Positions 1 through 10,460 of a stretch of 64,000 nucleotides of DNA are shown here, piece after piece (the stretch's first letter is position 1; each line of letters opens with the position of its first letter). The notes below the pieces were generated by a model, which had not been told where the DNA came from, ran no database searches, and saw nothing but the letters and a program-made list of their open reading frames with translations. Origin of the DNA: Alphaproteobacteria bacterium (GTDB lineage: Bacteria > Pseudomonadota > Alphaproteobacteria > UBA828 > JAPUJA01); assembly GCA_965198325.1 (NCBI GenBank), contig CBDAPE010000013.1, forward strand, positions 256,307-320,306, in the 5' to 3' direction. A program made the position numbers and the translations under genes.

Positions 1-656
1 TCCCAGTTGCGCGAGGACGCGCCGACGACGACATCGACGGAGAGCGCCGGGCACGCTTCGGCCACGGCCTGAAGTGCCAGCATCGTGGCGCCGGTCGAGT
101 CCGCCGCGCCAAACGACAGCAGCAGCCGCTGTGCCGGAGCCGCGCTTTCCCGCCGCGCCAGCGCCCGGCGCCGGTGCTGTCGGAACTGGGGCCGCAGCAA
201 GGCGAAGCGGGCACCCAGCAAGAGCCTGCACTCCGGGCCGGTCAAGGCACGGTAATCCGACTCCTCACGGCCGTGGGTCTGATCCAACAGGATATCGACA
301 CGATGGCGCCGATTGGCAAGATCGTCGATCGCCAGGATCGCCGCCGCCCACGGCCTGCAGCGTTGCTCGAAGGCCATGTCGCGCCCGTAGTGATCCACGA
401 CCAGCAGCGCCACCCCGTCGGGCCAGTGTTCCGTCAGGGCTGTCGTCTCGTCATCCTCCTCCAAGACCAGAATATCCTCGGTGGCCTCGGCCAGCGACGT
501 CACGACGGACAACGCCTGGTCATTGACGGCGAAGCCCACGTGCCATCCCGCTTTCGCGAGTGCCGCGGACAGTGTCAGGCAACGCATGACGTGACCGCCG
601 CCGATCTCTTCCGACGCGTCGGCGCGAAATACGGCCGTAGGTCGTTCAGCAGTCAT
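1..656 (-). CDS. PseG-like UDP-sugar hydrolase (pseudaminic-acid type pathway), 5' part only; gene continues beyond window start
   Basis: Manual minus-strand translation from ATG at 654-656 gives MTAERPTAVFRADASEEIGGGHVMRCLTLSAALAKAGWHVGF..., matching the PseG N-terminal signature (FRxDxSxxIGxGHxxRCLxLA). Absent from ORF table because it runs off the window edge. Confidence 0.5.
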   Translation of the reverse strand, partial: MTAERPTAVFRADASEEIGGGHVMRCLTLSAALAKAGWHVGFAVNDQALSVVTSLAEATEDILVLEEDDETTALTEHWPDGVALLVVDHYGRDMAFEQRCRPWAAAILAIDDLANRRHRVDILLDQTHGREESDYRALTGPECRLLLGARFALLRPQFRQHRRRALARRESAAPAQRLLLSFGAADSTGATMLALQAVAEACPALSVDVVVGASSRNW

Positions 657-985
657 GGCCAACTAAACCGGCATCGGATGGTGTCGTCCGTCACGCCCAC
701 TGGGCCAGGCATGGGTGTCGTTCGTTGTGCGCCGTTTCGACGGCGGCCTCTCGGATATGGGCGACGGCCTCGATAGAGGACGCAGCGCGCCGCCGGTATC
801 GCGGATCGCCTGCATGTGGCGGCGCGCGACGTAGCCGGCCGCACCGATCAAGCCGAAGTCCGTCCCGTTCATGGTCTCTTCGTCGTCATTGCTGCCGTCG
901 ATCGGCCACGCTACCGCCGTTCGGGTGAAGCAGCCTCCACCCGTTTGCATAGTCCCATTCGGCGCCGGCCGAGGGCCGGCACCGG

Positions 986-1486
986 TCAGGCGGCCGCGAC
1001 GACCACCCGTCTCGGAAGCCGGGCCGGAACCCGGCCGCCCAGCACATCCAGCAGCACCTCGACCCGCTCGCCCGGCGCGAGGCGCAGGACCACCGCCGCG
1101 CGCTCGGAGAAGGGGCCGGCTGCGATTGTCACTGCATCGCCCGGCTGCAGATCGGCCGGTGCCGCCGTGCTGAGGCCGTCGGCCCCGGTCGCGTCCCGCA
1201 GTGCGGCGACGAAACCCTCGGGCAGCGCCTGCGGGTGCGGGCCGTCGGCGAGCAGCCGCCGCACCCCGAAGGTGCCGTTGATTGCGCGCCACGCTTCGCG
1301 CGCAATATCCAGTTCCACGAACAGGTAGCCGGGGAAGAGCGCGCCGCGCACGGTCTCGATGTGCCGTGCGTGCCGGCGGGACCGCTCCATCACCGGCAGC
1401 CAGACCCGATACCCCTGGCGCGCCAGGTTCGTTTCCGCCCGGCGCTCCTGGTGCGGCCGCGCATGGACCACGTACCACTTGTTCAT
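986..1486 (-). CDS. NusG-family (RfaH/UpxY-like) transcription antiterminator
   Basis: MNKWYVVHARPHQERRAETNLARQGYRVWLPV...FPGYLFVELD matches NGN domain; 4-bp overlap with upstream regulator; typical of polysaccharide loci. Confidence 0.75.
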   Translation of the reverse strand: MNKWYVVHARPHQERRAETNLARQGYRVWLPVMERSRRHARHIETVRGALFPGYLFVELDIAREAWRAINGTFGVRRLLADGPHPQALPEGFVAALRDATGADGLSTAAPADLQPGDAVTIAAGPFSERAAVVLRLAPGERVEVLLDVLGGRVPARLPRRVVVAAA

Positions 1487-2133
1487 CGGCGCCCCCCGAG
1501 CGGCTCCTCCGCCGGCGGCGTGAAGTCCATCGGCTCACGCACGATGCGGAGGAAGGGCGGCGCCAGCACTTGCCGGTCCGCAACCGCGCCGCGCAGCCGC
1601 TCGAACGCCTCCTGCGGATGGCGGGATTCGGTGATCACCAGCGCATCCCAGGCTTCCGCCTCGTCCAGCGAGCGCAGGACCGGCAGGCCGTGCAGGCGGT
1701 CCGCGTTGGCCTCGCAGTCCAGGATCCCCACCAGTTGCGCGTCCGCCTCGATCGCCGCCAGCAGCGTGATCTCCGCGACCTCGCCGCGCCCCACCAGGAC
1801 GAAGTGGCCGAAACCTGCCCTCTGCCCATTCTGGAAGAGCAGCCGGTACTCCCGCCGCGCCATGCGGAAGAAGGCCAGCGACGTATCGAGATACTGCGCG
1901 ACGAGGCGGCTCTTCTCCTGGAACCCCTCGGACGTCACGTAGTAGACCCAGCGCTTGTAGGGGGCGGCCTTGGCCTTCACCAGCCCCTTGCGCACGGCCC
2001 GCTTGAGCAGCGCGTTGACCATCCCCACCGAGATCGAGAGGCACTTGGCGAGCGCCGGCTGCGTCACGACCTCTCGCTGCTCCAGAGCGGCGAGGAGCTC
2101 GATCTCGGTCTGGATGCCAGTCTTGTCGGCCAT
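1483..2133 (-). CDS. winged-helix (MarR-like) transcriptional regulator with C-terminal Rossmann/CoA-binding-like domain
   Basis: N-terminal wHTH (QPALAKCLSISVGMVNALLKRAVRKGLV); C-terminal FVLVGRGEVAEITLLAAIEADAQLVGILD; translationally coupled to the NusG-like gene. Confidence 0.6.
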   Translation of the reverse strand: MADKTGIQTEIELLAALEQREVVTQPALAKCLSISVGMVNALLKRAVRKGLVKAKAAPYKRWVYYVTSEGFQEKSRLVAQYLDTSLAFFRMARREYRLLFQNGQRAGFGHFVLVGRGEVAEITLLAAIEADAQLVGILDCEANADRLHGLPVLRSLDEAEAWDALVITESRHPQEAFERLRGAVADRQVLAPPFLRIVREPMDFTPPAEEPLGGRR

Positions 2134-2403
2134 CGGCTATCCTGAGGTTCATGCCTTGAATAAGAGATCGGCAACGGATAGTCAACCGCGGCCTCGACAC
2201 CCATGAGCGGCGCGAACCGGTGCCAGATGGTTCAACAAGTTGCGGCGTGGCGTGGATGACCGCGCTCATCGGGCGCTTTCTGGCCGGCCGGATGGAGCCT
2301 CCGTTCCCCGGCGCTCGGCGATAATGGCCCTTGCGATTCGGCCTACCGGTACCGATATCCTTTTCTGCACAAAGCACGAACAATTGGTGTTGGGCGGGAG
2401 GCG

Positions 2404-2781
2404 ATGATGGCGCCGGAGGAGGAGAGGCGCGACGGCCCGGAGTTCGGGGACGACGATTTCGAGGGGCGCGACCTGCTGGTTGGCCGGCCGGAAGGGGCGG
2501 AGGGCAGGCCAACTGCCGGCGCCATGCGAGCGCCGCCAGCGGCACAGTCTGCGCAACCCGGTGCGCACGACGAGGCCATCCGAGAAAACCTTGAGACGGT
2601 ACGGACGACGGCGGGCCGGATCGACGCACTCCAGGACGCGCCGGGGCCAGAGCACGAGACGGCAGAGACGCTGGCCCGTGAGACGGCGGCGCTGACGCAG
2701 GCTGTCGAGGACGTGCGCGGCGCGCTCGCGAAGGCGCTCTCCAGCGCTTCCATCAGGACCGCCATCGTCTGCCGAGGGTAG
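2404..2781 (+). CDS. hypothetical protein upstream of relaxase (possible relaxosome accessory)
   Basis: 125-aa acidic ORF co-directional with and 450 bp upstream of the relaxase; no recognisable domain. Confidence 0.3.
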   Translation: MMAPEEERRDGPEFGDDDFEGRDLLVGRPEGAEGRPTAGAMRAPPAAQSAQPGAHDEAIRENLETVRTTAGRIDALQDAPGPEHETAETLARETAALTQAVEDVRGALAKALSSASIRTAIVCRG

Positions 2782-2783
2782 AA

Positions 2784-3229
2784 GTGCAGCCACAGCAACC
2801 GGGAGTAGCCCAGGACGACCACCAGGGCATGGCGGAGATGAAGCAGGCAGCGACGGTGCTGGACAGCAGTCTGCGCGTTCACATCGAGAACATGTCCCGC
2901 TTCACCCAGAGGCAGCGGTGGCGTCCCTGGCTGGTGGGTCTCGCCATTGCGGCCGCGTCGTTCGTCTTCTTCGCGCTGGGCGCGGTGTTGCAGCGGGAGA
3001 CCGACGTCGTGTCCTTCGGCGATCCGCGCCACGAGTGGACGAGCATGTCGTGGAGCACTACGCGCCGCTGCTCGCCATCTGCGCGTCGAAGGCGCGGCTG
3101 GACGAAGAGCCCGTCGGGTGCCGGCTGGAAATCGATCCATCGCTGGACGTGACGGTTCCCTTCTACCCTGGAGGAACCCTGACCGCCACGCCGTCCGAGG
3201 AACAGTTCGATCCCGCTGCGGAACGGTAG
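2784..3229 (+). pseudogene. hypothetical gene with apparent frameshift (2784-frame joins 2918-frame)
   Basis: Protein-like sequence switches frame near 3040 (…LQRETDVVSFGDPRHE / VDEHVVEHYAPLLAICASKARLDEE…); the tail of the 2784 ORF is Arg-rich junk. Confidence 0.25.
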
Positions 3230-3235
3230 GAAAGC

Positions 3236-4387
3236 ATGGTCGCGAGCGTCACGCGCCTGAAGGCCGCCGCCATGACGGTGCACTACTTCGAGGCGGACGG
3301 CTATTACGCGAAGAACGACCCGGAGCACCGCAAGGCGAGTGGCTGGTACGGCGAGGCGGCGGCGTTGCTCGGCCTGCACGGGCCGGTCAAGCCGAAACGC
3401 TTCGAGGATGTCCTCGCAGGATACGTGCCCGGCACTGACCTTCGCCTAGGACGGCTGCGCGACGGTGAGCACCAGCACCGGCCGGGCGTGGACGTGACCT
3501 TCTCAGCACCCAAGTCGGTATCGCTGGAAGCGCTGGTCTATGCGCCCGGCCGTACCGGGGCGCGGGTGGTGCGGGCGCACGACGAGGCGGTGCGCGCCAC
3601 GCTCGGCTTCATCAAGACGGAGCTGTTCCAAACCCGGAGCTATGACCCGGCGACAAGCCGTCGACCGCGTGTGCAGGCCCACGGCATGGCGGCGGCGACC
3701 TTCCGCCACCTGGCGAGCCGCAACCTCGACCCTCAGCTGCACACCCACGCGGCGATCGCCAACATGACACGCGGCCGGGACGGCGGCTGGCGGAGCGCCG
3801 AGTTCACCCCGGTGGAACGGTCGAAGCTGCTGATCGGGGCCTACTACCGCAACGAGCTTCGAGCCGGGCTGGAGAAGATCGGCTACGCTACGGTACCGAC
3901 ACTGGTGGGCCGGATACCGGGGTTCGAGATCGCGGGCTACCAGCGGCCCGTGCTGGAGGCGTTCTCGACCCGTCGTCGTGAGCTTCTCGACTACATGCAG
4001 GACCGGGGCTGGGAGAACACGCCGGCGCGGACACAGCAGGCGGCGCTCTACACACGGCAGCGCAAGGCGGAGCCAGAGCGGCAGGTTCTGCATGAGACGT
4101 GGCAGGCGCGGGCGCAGGAGTTCGGCCCGGCGCGGGACCGGGACGCGGTGCGGGGCCGCAACGGCGTCCGCGCATCGGCCTCCCCTCAGAGTGAGCTGCG
4201 TGCGCAACGGTCCGCGCTGGCGGTGGTGCGGCGCGCCGTCGAGCATCTGGAGGAACGGCGCACCGTGTTCTCGGCCAACGATTTGCGCGCCTGGGCGCTG
4301 GCGCACGGGGGCGGCCGGCATTTGCTTGAAGCGCTGGATGGCGGCATCGCCCAGCTGCGGCGGGACGGGCACCTGATCGAGGTGACG
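3236..4387 (+). pseudogene. MobF-family conjugative relaxase (TrwC/TraA-like) N-terminal relaxase domain, truncated by IS21
   Basis: MTVHYFEADGYYAKNDPEHRKASGWYGEAAALLGL… and His-triad motif FRHLASRNLDPQLHTHAAIAN; ORF is cut at 4387 by the IS21 terminus, helicase domain absent. Confidence 0.8.
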
Positions 4388-4578
4388 TGTCAATGGCGGA
4401 GCAAGAAGGGACCACCGTGGCGGTGTAAGAAGGGACCGCTTGGCGGCTGCGGGCTTGTCCCCGTAGTCCATGGGCGGGCCCCGCGTGCGACGCGACGTGC
4501 CCTCAACAGGCCGACGCGGCGGCGCGCGCGGGAGGGACCTGTGGGCCCATGGGGTCAAGCGTGGGTTGGGTGGTCGGT

Positions 4579-5343
4579 TCAGTTCGCCGTCGGGGTTTGA
4601 CGCCTGCGGCTCTGGTTGAGCCTGTAGCTCTCGCCATTCATCTCGAGGATGTTGACGTGGTGGGTGCGGCGGTCGAGGAGAGCGCCGGTAAGCCGCTCGG
4701 AGCCGAACACCTCGGTCCATTCGTCGAACGGCAGATTGGTGGTGACCAGGGTCGAGCCGCGCTCGTAGCGCTGGCTGAACACCTCGAACAGGAGCTCGGC
4801 ACCGGTCTTGGACAGCGGCACGAAGCCGAGTTCGTCGACGATCAGAAGCTTGTAGGTGGCGAGCTTCTTCTGGAACCTCAGCAGCTGCTTGTCATCGCGG
4901 GCCTCGATGAGCTCGTGGACCAGCGCGGCGGCGGTGATGAAGCCGACCGAGAGGCCCTTCTGGCAGGCCGCCAAGCCGAGACCGAGGGCGATGTGGGTCT
5001 TGCCGGTGCCGCTGTTGCCGAGCGCGATGAGGTTCTCGCGGCGCTCGATGTACGCGCAGCGGGCGAGCTCCAGGACCAGCGTCTTGTTGAGCGAGGGGAT
5101 GACCTTGAAATCGAAGCTATCGAGGCTCTTGATCACGGGGAAGCGCGCCGCCTTGATCCGCCGCTCGACCATGCGGCGCTCGCGGTCGATCAGCTCGAGC
5201 TCGGCCAGACGCAGAAGATAGCGAACGTGGTCGACGCCTTCAGAGGCGCACTGCCGGGCGATCTTGTCGTACTCCCTCAGGACCGTCGGCAGCTTCAGCC
5301 TCTTGAGGTGGTGGACGAGCAGCAGCCGTGGTGTGTCGGTCAT
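4579..5343 (-). CDS. istB: IS21 helper ATPase IstB
   Basis: Walker A GNSGTGKTH, LGFVPL, TTNLPFDEW; start MTDTPRLL at 5343. Confidence 0.9.
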   Translation of the reverse strand: MTDTPRLLLVHHLKRLKLPTVLREYDKIARQCASEGVDHVRYLLRLAELELIDRERRMVERRIKAARFPVIKSLDSFDFKVIPSLNKTLVLELARCAYIERRENLIALGNSGTGKTHIALGLGLAACQKGLSVGFITAAALVHELIEARDDKQLLRFQKKLATYKLLIVDELGFVPLSKTGAELLFEVFSQRYERGSTLVTTNLPFDEWTEVFGSERLTGALLDRRTHHVNILEMNGESYRLNQSRRRQTPTAN

Positions 5344-5519
5344 GCGCCGAGCCCCGACAGCAGGCTCATGTACGACTTGGCAGACGTCGTCGCGACCCGG
5401 GCGCGCGGCAGGTACGGATAGACCTCGAGGTTGAGCCGGGGCGGCCGCCGCTCGATGCGGCACAGTACCAGGTGCTTCACCGCATCGAAGCCGATGGCGC
5501 CGAGCCTGAGCGCGTCGCC

Positions 5520-6860
5520 GGAGAGTGTCAGATATCTTGTGTAAATGAGTGCCGTGGGTCCAATATTTAGTATGGGAGGACCTACGATGAGGACTATCAG
5601 ACCTGAACTTCTGGACGAACTTCTGGCCGATTACGAGAAGCCGGATGACCTGCTGGGCGAAGACGGGCTGTTCAAGCAGCTCAAGGCGGTGCTCTTGGAG
5701 CGGGCGCTTGACGCCGAGCTGAGCGATCACCTGGGCTACGAGAAGGGTGACCCGGCCGGTCGCGGCACGGGTAACAGCCGCAACGGCTACTCGGACAAGA
5801 CGGTGCTGAGCGAGGATGGCGAGATCGATATCGCCGTGCCGCGCGACCGCACCGGCACGTTCGACCCGCTGATCGTGCCCAAGGGCGAACGCCGTCTCGA
5901 GGGCTTCGACGATCGCATCGTGTCGCTGTATGCCCGCGGCATGACGGTGCGCGAGATACGTGGCCATCTGCAGGAGCTTTACGGGGTCGCGGTTTCGCCG
6001 GACCTGATCAGCCGGGTCACCGACGCGGTACTCGAGGAGGTCCGCGAATGGCAGAACCGACCGCTCGATGCGGTCTATCCGGTGGTGTTCTTTGACGCGC
6101 TGCGGGTCAAGATCCGCGACGAAGGCCTGGTGCGCAACAAAGCAGTCTACGTTGCACTGGCCCTCACCGCTGAAGGCGAGAAGGAGGTTCTCGGGCTGTG
6201 GATCGAGCAGACCGAAGGCGCCAAGTTCTGGCTCAAGGTGATGAACGACCTCAAGACCCGCGGCGTCGCTGACATCCTGATCGCCGTGGTCGACGGCCTC
6301 AAGGGCTTCCCCGAGGCGATAACAACGGTGTTCCCCGAGACCACGGTGCAGACCTGCATCGTGCATCTGATCCGCAGTTCGCTGGCGTTCGTGTCGTGGA
6401 AGGACCGAAAGAGGATCATGCCCGATATCAAGGCGATCTACCGCGCCGAAACCGCCGAGACCGCGGCGGCCAAGCTCGACGAGTTCGAGGCCAAATGGGG
6501 CGAGCGCTATCCGGCGATCGCGCCCAGCTGGCGCCGCGCCTGGGAGCAGGTGGTGCCGATGTTCGCGTTCCCGCCGGCGATCCGCAAGATGATCTACACC
6601 ACCAACGCGCTGGAGAGCCTGCACCGATCTTTGCGCAAGATCATCAAGACACGCGGTAGCTTCCCCAACGACGAGGCGGCGGTCAAGCTGTTGTTCCTGG
6701 CGATCCGCAATGCCGGTGTCGGCTGGAAACGGCCTATTGAATGGACCGCCGCAATGGGGCAGTTTGCGATCCTGTTCGAGGATCGCTTTCCGGCCTCAGC
6801 GCGCTGAGGCCGGAAACAATGTCGCCCACGGCGTCACTTACACAGACAATCGGACACACC
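5520..6860 (+). mobile_element. IS256-family element, copy A (nested in istA)
   Basis: 1341 bp; imperfect about 30-bp terminal IRs (GGAGAGTGTCAGATATCTTGTGTAAATGAG / rc GGTGTGTCCGATTGTCTGTGTAAGTGAC); flanking 8-mers GCGTCGCC / CCGGCGCC are imperfect. Confidence 0.85.
5545..6807 (+). CDS. IS256-family (mutator-type) transposase
   Basis: 420 aa, identical in the three copies; typical IS256 transposase features. Confidence 0.9.
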   Translation: MSAVGPIFSMGGPTMRTIRPELLDELLADYEKPDDLLGEDGLFKQLKAVLLERALDAELSDHLGYEKGDPAGRGTGNSRNGYSDKTVLSEDGEIDIAVPRDRTGTFDPLIVPKGERRLEGFDDRIVSLYARGMTVREIRGHLQELYGVAVSPDLISRVTDAVLEEVREWQNRPLDAVYPVVFFDALRVKIRDEGLVRNKAVYVALALTAEGEKEVLGLWIEQTEGAKFWLKVMNDLKTRGVADILIAVVDGLKGFPEAITTVFPETTVQTCIVHLIRSSLAFVSWKDRKRIMPDIKAIYRAETAETAAAKLDEFEAKWGERYPAIAPSWRRAWEQVVPMFAFPPAIRKMIYTTNALESLHRSLRKIIKTRGSFPNDEAAVKLLFLAIRNAGVGWKRPIEWTAAMGQFAILFEDRFPASAR

Positions 6861-8307
6861 CCGGCGCCGACCGCACCCTCGACCTCCTCGAGCCGGAAGC
6901 TCTCCAGCAGACGGCGCACCTGGACGGACTCGCGCTTGCCCGCCTTGCCCATGCGGGCTTCGAGCAGGCGTCGCAGAGTGATGAAGGCCTCGGGCAGGTC
7001 CCAGCCCGCCAACGGCGCGGCCTGGTCGAGGGCGCCGATCTTCTGCTCGATCAAGGGTAGGTAATGCAGCGGGTCGAAGATCAGGTCCTCGCTGTCGTAG
7101 GACCGGCGGTGCCGGGCAATCACCTCCGCGCCGCAAGAGATAACGACCTCGTCGACGGAGCACCGGATCAGCACCTCGCGGTGGCCATAGGCCACGGGCA
7201 CCGAGTAGTCGTTGCCCCGGCAGCGCACCAGCGACAGCGAGCTCACCCGTCCAGTGCGCTTGTCGCAGGCATCGTATGGTGCCGGGGGGAGAGGCAAGAA
7301 GGCTTCCCGGTCCCGTGCGAGGCGCTCGCCGATGGTCTCCTTGTGACCCCGCAGCCGCGCCGCCTGGCGCCGGCGGCACTGTCCCGCGAGAGCATCGTTC
7401 AGCGCCTCGAAGCTCTCGGCCCGCGGGACGGGGACCCGGAAGGTCCGCCGGATGAAGCCGACCAGTCCCTCGACCTTGCCTTTGTCGTTGCCCTTGCCCG
7501 GCCGGCCGAACCTGTCCTCGAACAGATAGGGGGATTGAAGGTCCGTGAAGACGCGCGTTCGCTGCCGCTTGCCATCTCCCAGTATCCGGGCGACTGCCAG
7601 CTTGGTGTTGTCGTACAGGATGGATGTGGGAACGCCGCCGAAGAAGGTGAATGCCGCATTGTGACCATCGCAAAAGGCCTCGGTCGTCTCCGCCGGATAG
7701 GCTTTCACAAAACAACCATCGCTGTGGGGAAGGTCGAAGGCAAGGAAGTGGACCTTGCGCGACACGCCGCCGATCACCGCCATCGCCTCACCGAAGTCCG
7801 CCTGGGCGTGACCGGGGGAATGGACGAGCGGCACAAACACCTCACGTGACCGAAGCCGCCGCTCGCGAACGGAGTCCTTCACGATGGTGTACCCGCCCGT
7901 AAAGCCGTACTCGTCCCGGAGACGGTCGAAGATGCGCTTTGCAGTGTGCCGTTGTTTGCGGTGACTGGTCCGATCATCCTCCAGGATCCGATCGATGATC
8001 CCCGTGAACGGATCCAGCTTCGGTCGCCGGGGCGGCGTGCTTCGGCGATATCCTGGCGGCACCGAGAACGACAGCATCTTGCGGACCGTCTTGCGGTCCA
8101 CACCAAACACCCGCGACGCCTCGTGGACGCTCATCCTATCGACACGGCACGCCCGCCGAACCCGTGCGTACAAATCCACTCGATACATCCCCCCGCCTTC
8201 CAGTCAGAGTAACTCTGACCGAAGGCTATAGACGGTCCCCTTTTGGTCCGCCACAGCCGGATCAACCGGCCGCTTCAGTGGGGGATTATTGCGCCGCCGT
8301 TCTCATC

Positions 8308-10106
8308 GTGACGCTCTCGCGGCAGGCGTCCGGGACGGTGATGGTGGACTATGCGACGGCGGACGGCAGCGCGACGGCGGGTGCGGACTATACCGCGACG
8401 AGCGGCACGCTGACCTTCCAGTCCGGTCAGACGGTGAAGACCGTCAAGGTTCCGGTGCTGGAGGATGCCCATGACGACGGCGGGGAGACGCTGACGCTGA
8501 GCCTCGCGAACGCCTCGGGGGCGCGGATCGAGGACGGCGAGGCGACGAGGACGATCGAGAACACGGCCGCAATCCCCAAGGCGTGGCTGGCGCGCTTCGG
8601 GCGGGTAGTGACGGGCCAAGTGTTGGATGCGGTCGAGGCGCGACTGAAGGCGCTGCGCACGCCGGGCATGCAGGCGAGCCTCGCCGGGCAAGCGCTGCCG
8701 TCCTGGAACGACGAAGCCGCCGCGGGTGACGACGCTGCATCGGGCGGGACCTTGTCCGGCGTCGATGCCGGAAGCCGCGACGCGATGGTGGCGCTCGGCT
8801 CGTGGCTGGCGCAGGCCGGGGAGGACGGGACCGGAGCGCCCGGGACCGGAACATTCGGGCCGGACGACGAAACACGGCTGGAGTCCCGGACGCTGACCGG
8901 GCGCGACTTCGTCACCGGCACGTCGTTCGCGTTGACCGGCGGGTCGGCCGAGGGCGGCGGCTTCGCCGCGCTCTGGGGCCGGGGCGGGATCGCGCGCTTC
9001 GACGGCCGCGAGGGCGATCTCGCGCTCGACGGCGAGGTGGCCACCGGGTTGATCGGCGCGGACTGGACGTCGGCGCGCTGGACGGCGGGGCTGGCCGTGG
9101 GCCATTCGCGCGGCACGGGCGGCTATCGCTCGCCGGGGGACGCGGGCGACATCGATGCGACGCTGACCGGGGTCTATCCCTATGCCGGGCTGATGCTGAG
9201 CGACCAGCTCTCGGTCTGGACGGCGGCGGATCATGGCGTGGGCGAGGTGACGGTGACGCCGGAGGGCCGGGAGGCGCTGACGGCGGCCCTCACGATGACC
9301 ACGGGCGCGGCCGGGATGCGCAGCGAGCTGCTCGAGCCGGAGGACGCCGGCGGGACGGCGCTGGCGGTGAAGACCGACGGACGTTTCACCCGGACCTCTT
9401 CGGAGGCGGTGAGAGGGCCGGCATCGGCGGGAGGCAATCTCAATGCGGCGGATGCCGATGTGTGGCTGCTGCGCACGGGCGTTGAGGGCGCGCGCCGCTT
9501 CGCGCTCGGCGAGGACGGGACCACAATCACACCCTCCTTCGAGATCGGGCTGCGGCTCGACGGCGGCGATGCGGAAACCGGCTTCGGCGCCGACCTCGGC
9601 GGCGGGCTCGCCTTCGCCGATCCCAAGCGCGGCCTCTCGCTGGAGCTGAAGGCCCGCGGATTACTCGCCCACGAGGCGTCGGGGTTCCGGGAGTGGGGCG
9701 CGAACGCGGGGCTCGCCTGGGGGACCTGCGGCCGGGGACGGACCGGGGTCTCTCGCTGTCGCTGCGCCAGGGCTGGGGCGCCTCGCCCACGGGCGGCATG
9801 GACGCGCTGCTCGGGCGCGAGACGCTGGCCGGGTTCGCCGCGAACGACAACGGGTTCGAGGCGTCGAGCCGCCTGGAGGCGGAGATCGGCTACGGCATCG
9901 CGATGTTCGGCGGCGTCTTCACCGGCACGCCGCACGCCGGCTTCGGACTCACCGACACGGGCCGCGACTACCGGCTCGGCTGGCGGCTGACCTCGGCGGT
10001 ACCCGGGGACCCGGGTTTCGAGGTCGGTCTCGAGGCGACGCGCAACGAGAACGACAACGCGGCGCCCGAGCACGGGGTGCAGCTGCGCGCAACGATCCGC
10101 TGGTAG
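8308..10106 (+). pseudogene. autotransporter C-terminal fragment: Calx-beta domain + linker + beta-barrel translocator, frameshifted
   Basis: Calx-beta (GTVMVDYATADGSATAGADYTATSGTLTFQSGQTVKTVKVPVLEDAHDDGGETLTLSLANASG); barrel with alternating pattern ending …GVQLRATIRW; frameshift in a G5 run at about 9719-9723 joins frames 8164 and 9693; N-terminus removed by IS21. Confidence 0.7.
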
Positions 10107-10193
10107 GCATCCGAAGGGCCGTTCATGGCCGCCGACGGAGCACGTCCGGCCCCGTGCGCCCTCACCGGGCGATGTGCCCCCGCCGCTTCCGGT

Positions 10194-10460
10194 CGCACCG
10201 GCGGAACCAAGTTCTGGTTCCACGGCCTGCGCAACTGCTTCATCACGGTGGCCAAGCGTGAGTTGATGCTGCCACGCTCCCTGACCAAGCGGCTGGTCAA
10301 CCACGCCCGGCCCAGCGACGTGACCGAGGGCTACGCGGCCGTCTGGACCGTCGAGCAACTCCGCGAGCCCGCGCAGAGGATCGCCGACCGGATAGACGAA
10401 CTGATGAACGCGGTCGCGCCCAAGCCTGCGCGCGCTGGCAGCGCTTGTATTGTCGGATGA
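10194..10460 (+). pseudogene. tyrosine recombinase (phage-type integrase) C-terminal fragment
   Basis: FHGLRNCFITVAKRE…LVNHARPSDVTEGYAA (R/H/Y catalytic region); no N-terminal domains upstream. Confidence 0.6.

Larger units (their letters stand above)
5344..8188 (-). pseudogene. istA: IS21 transposase IstA, interrupted by IS256 insertion (N-part 6861..8188, C-remnant 5344..5519)
   Basis: N-terminal HTH MYRVDLYARVRRACRVDRMSVHEASRVFGV…; reading runs into the IS256 terminus after …EEVEGAVG; intact version present in copy 2 (63088..64000). Confidence 0.85.
4388..8307 (-). mobile_element. IS21-family element (copy 1) carrying a nested IS256
   Basis: Termini TGTCAATGGCGGAGCAAGAAGGGAC (with repeated AAGAAGGGACC sub-motifs) and …CCGCCGTTCTCAT; istA/istB with ATGA overlap; 6-bp GTGACG direct repeat on both flanks (4382-4387 and 8308-8313). 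Confidence 0.85.

Noticed and set aside
663-4720. Long Arg/Pro/Gly-rich ORFs (e.g. 663..1583-, 1535..2629-, 2343..3140-, 3503..4720-, 8275..9234-, 9231..10553-, 19475..21040+)
   Set aside because: Low-complexity, high-GC frame artefacts lying antisense to or overlapping convincing genes. No domain-like sequence.
8164-8307. N-terminal 48 residues of ORF 8164..9990 including GDYCAAVL
   Set aside because: This stretch lies inside the IS21 terminal region. The same DNA recurs at the IS21-like fragment end at 49500-49532. It is IS terminus read in frame, not part of the autotransporter.
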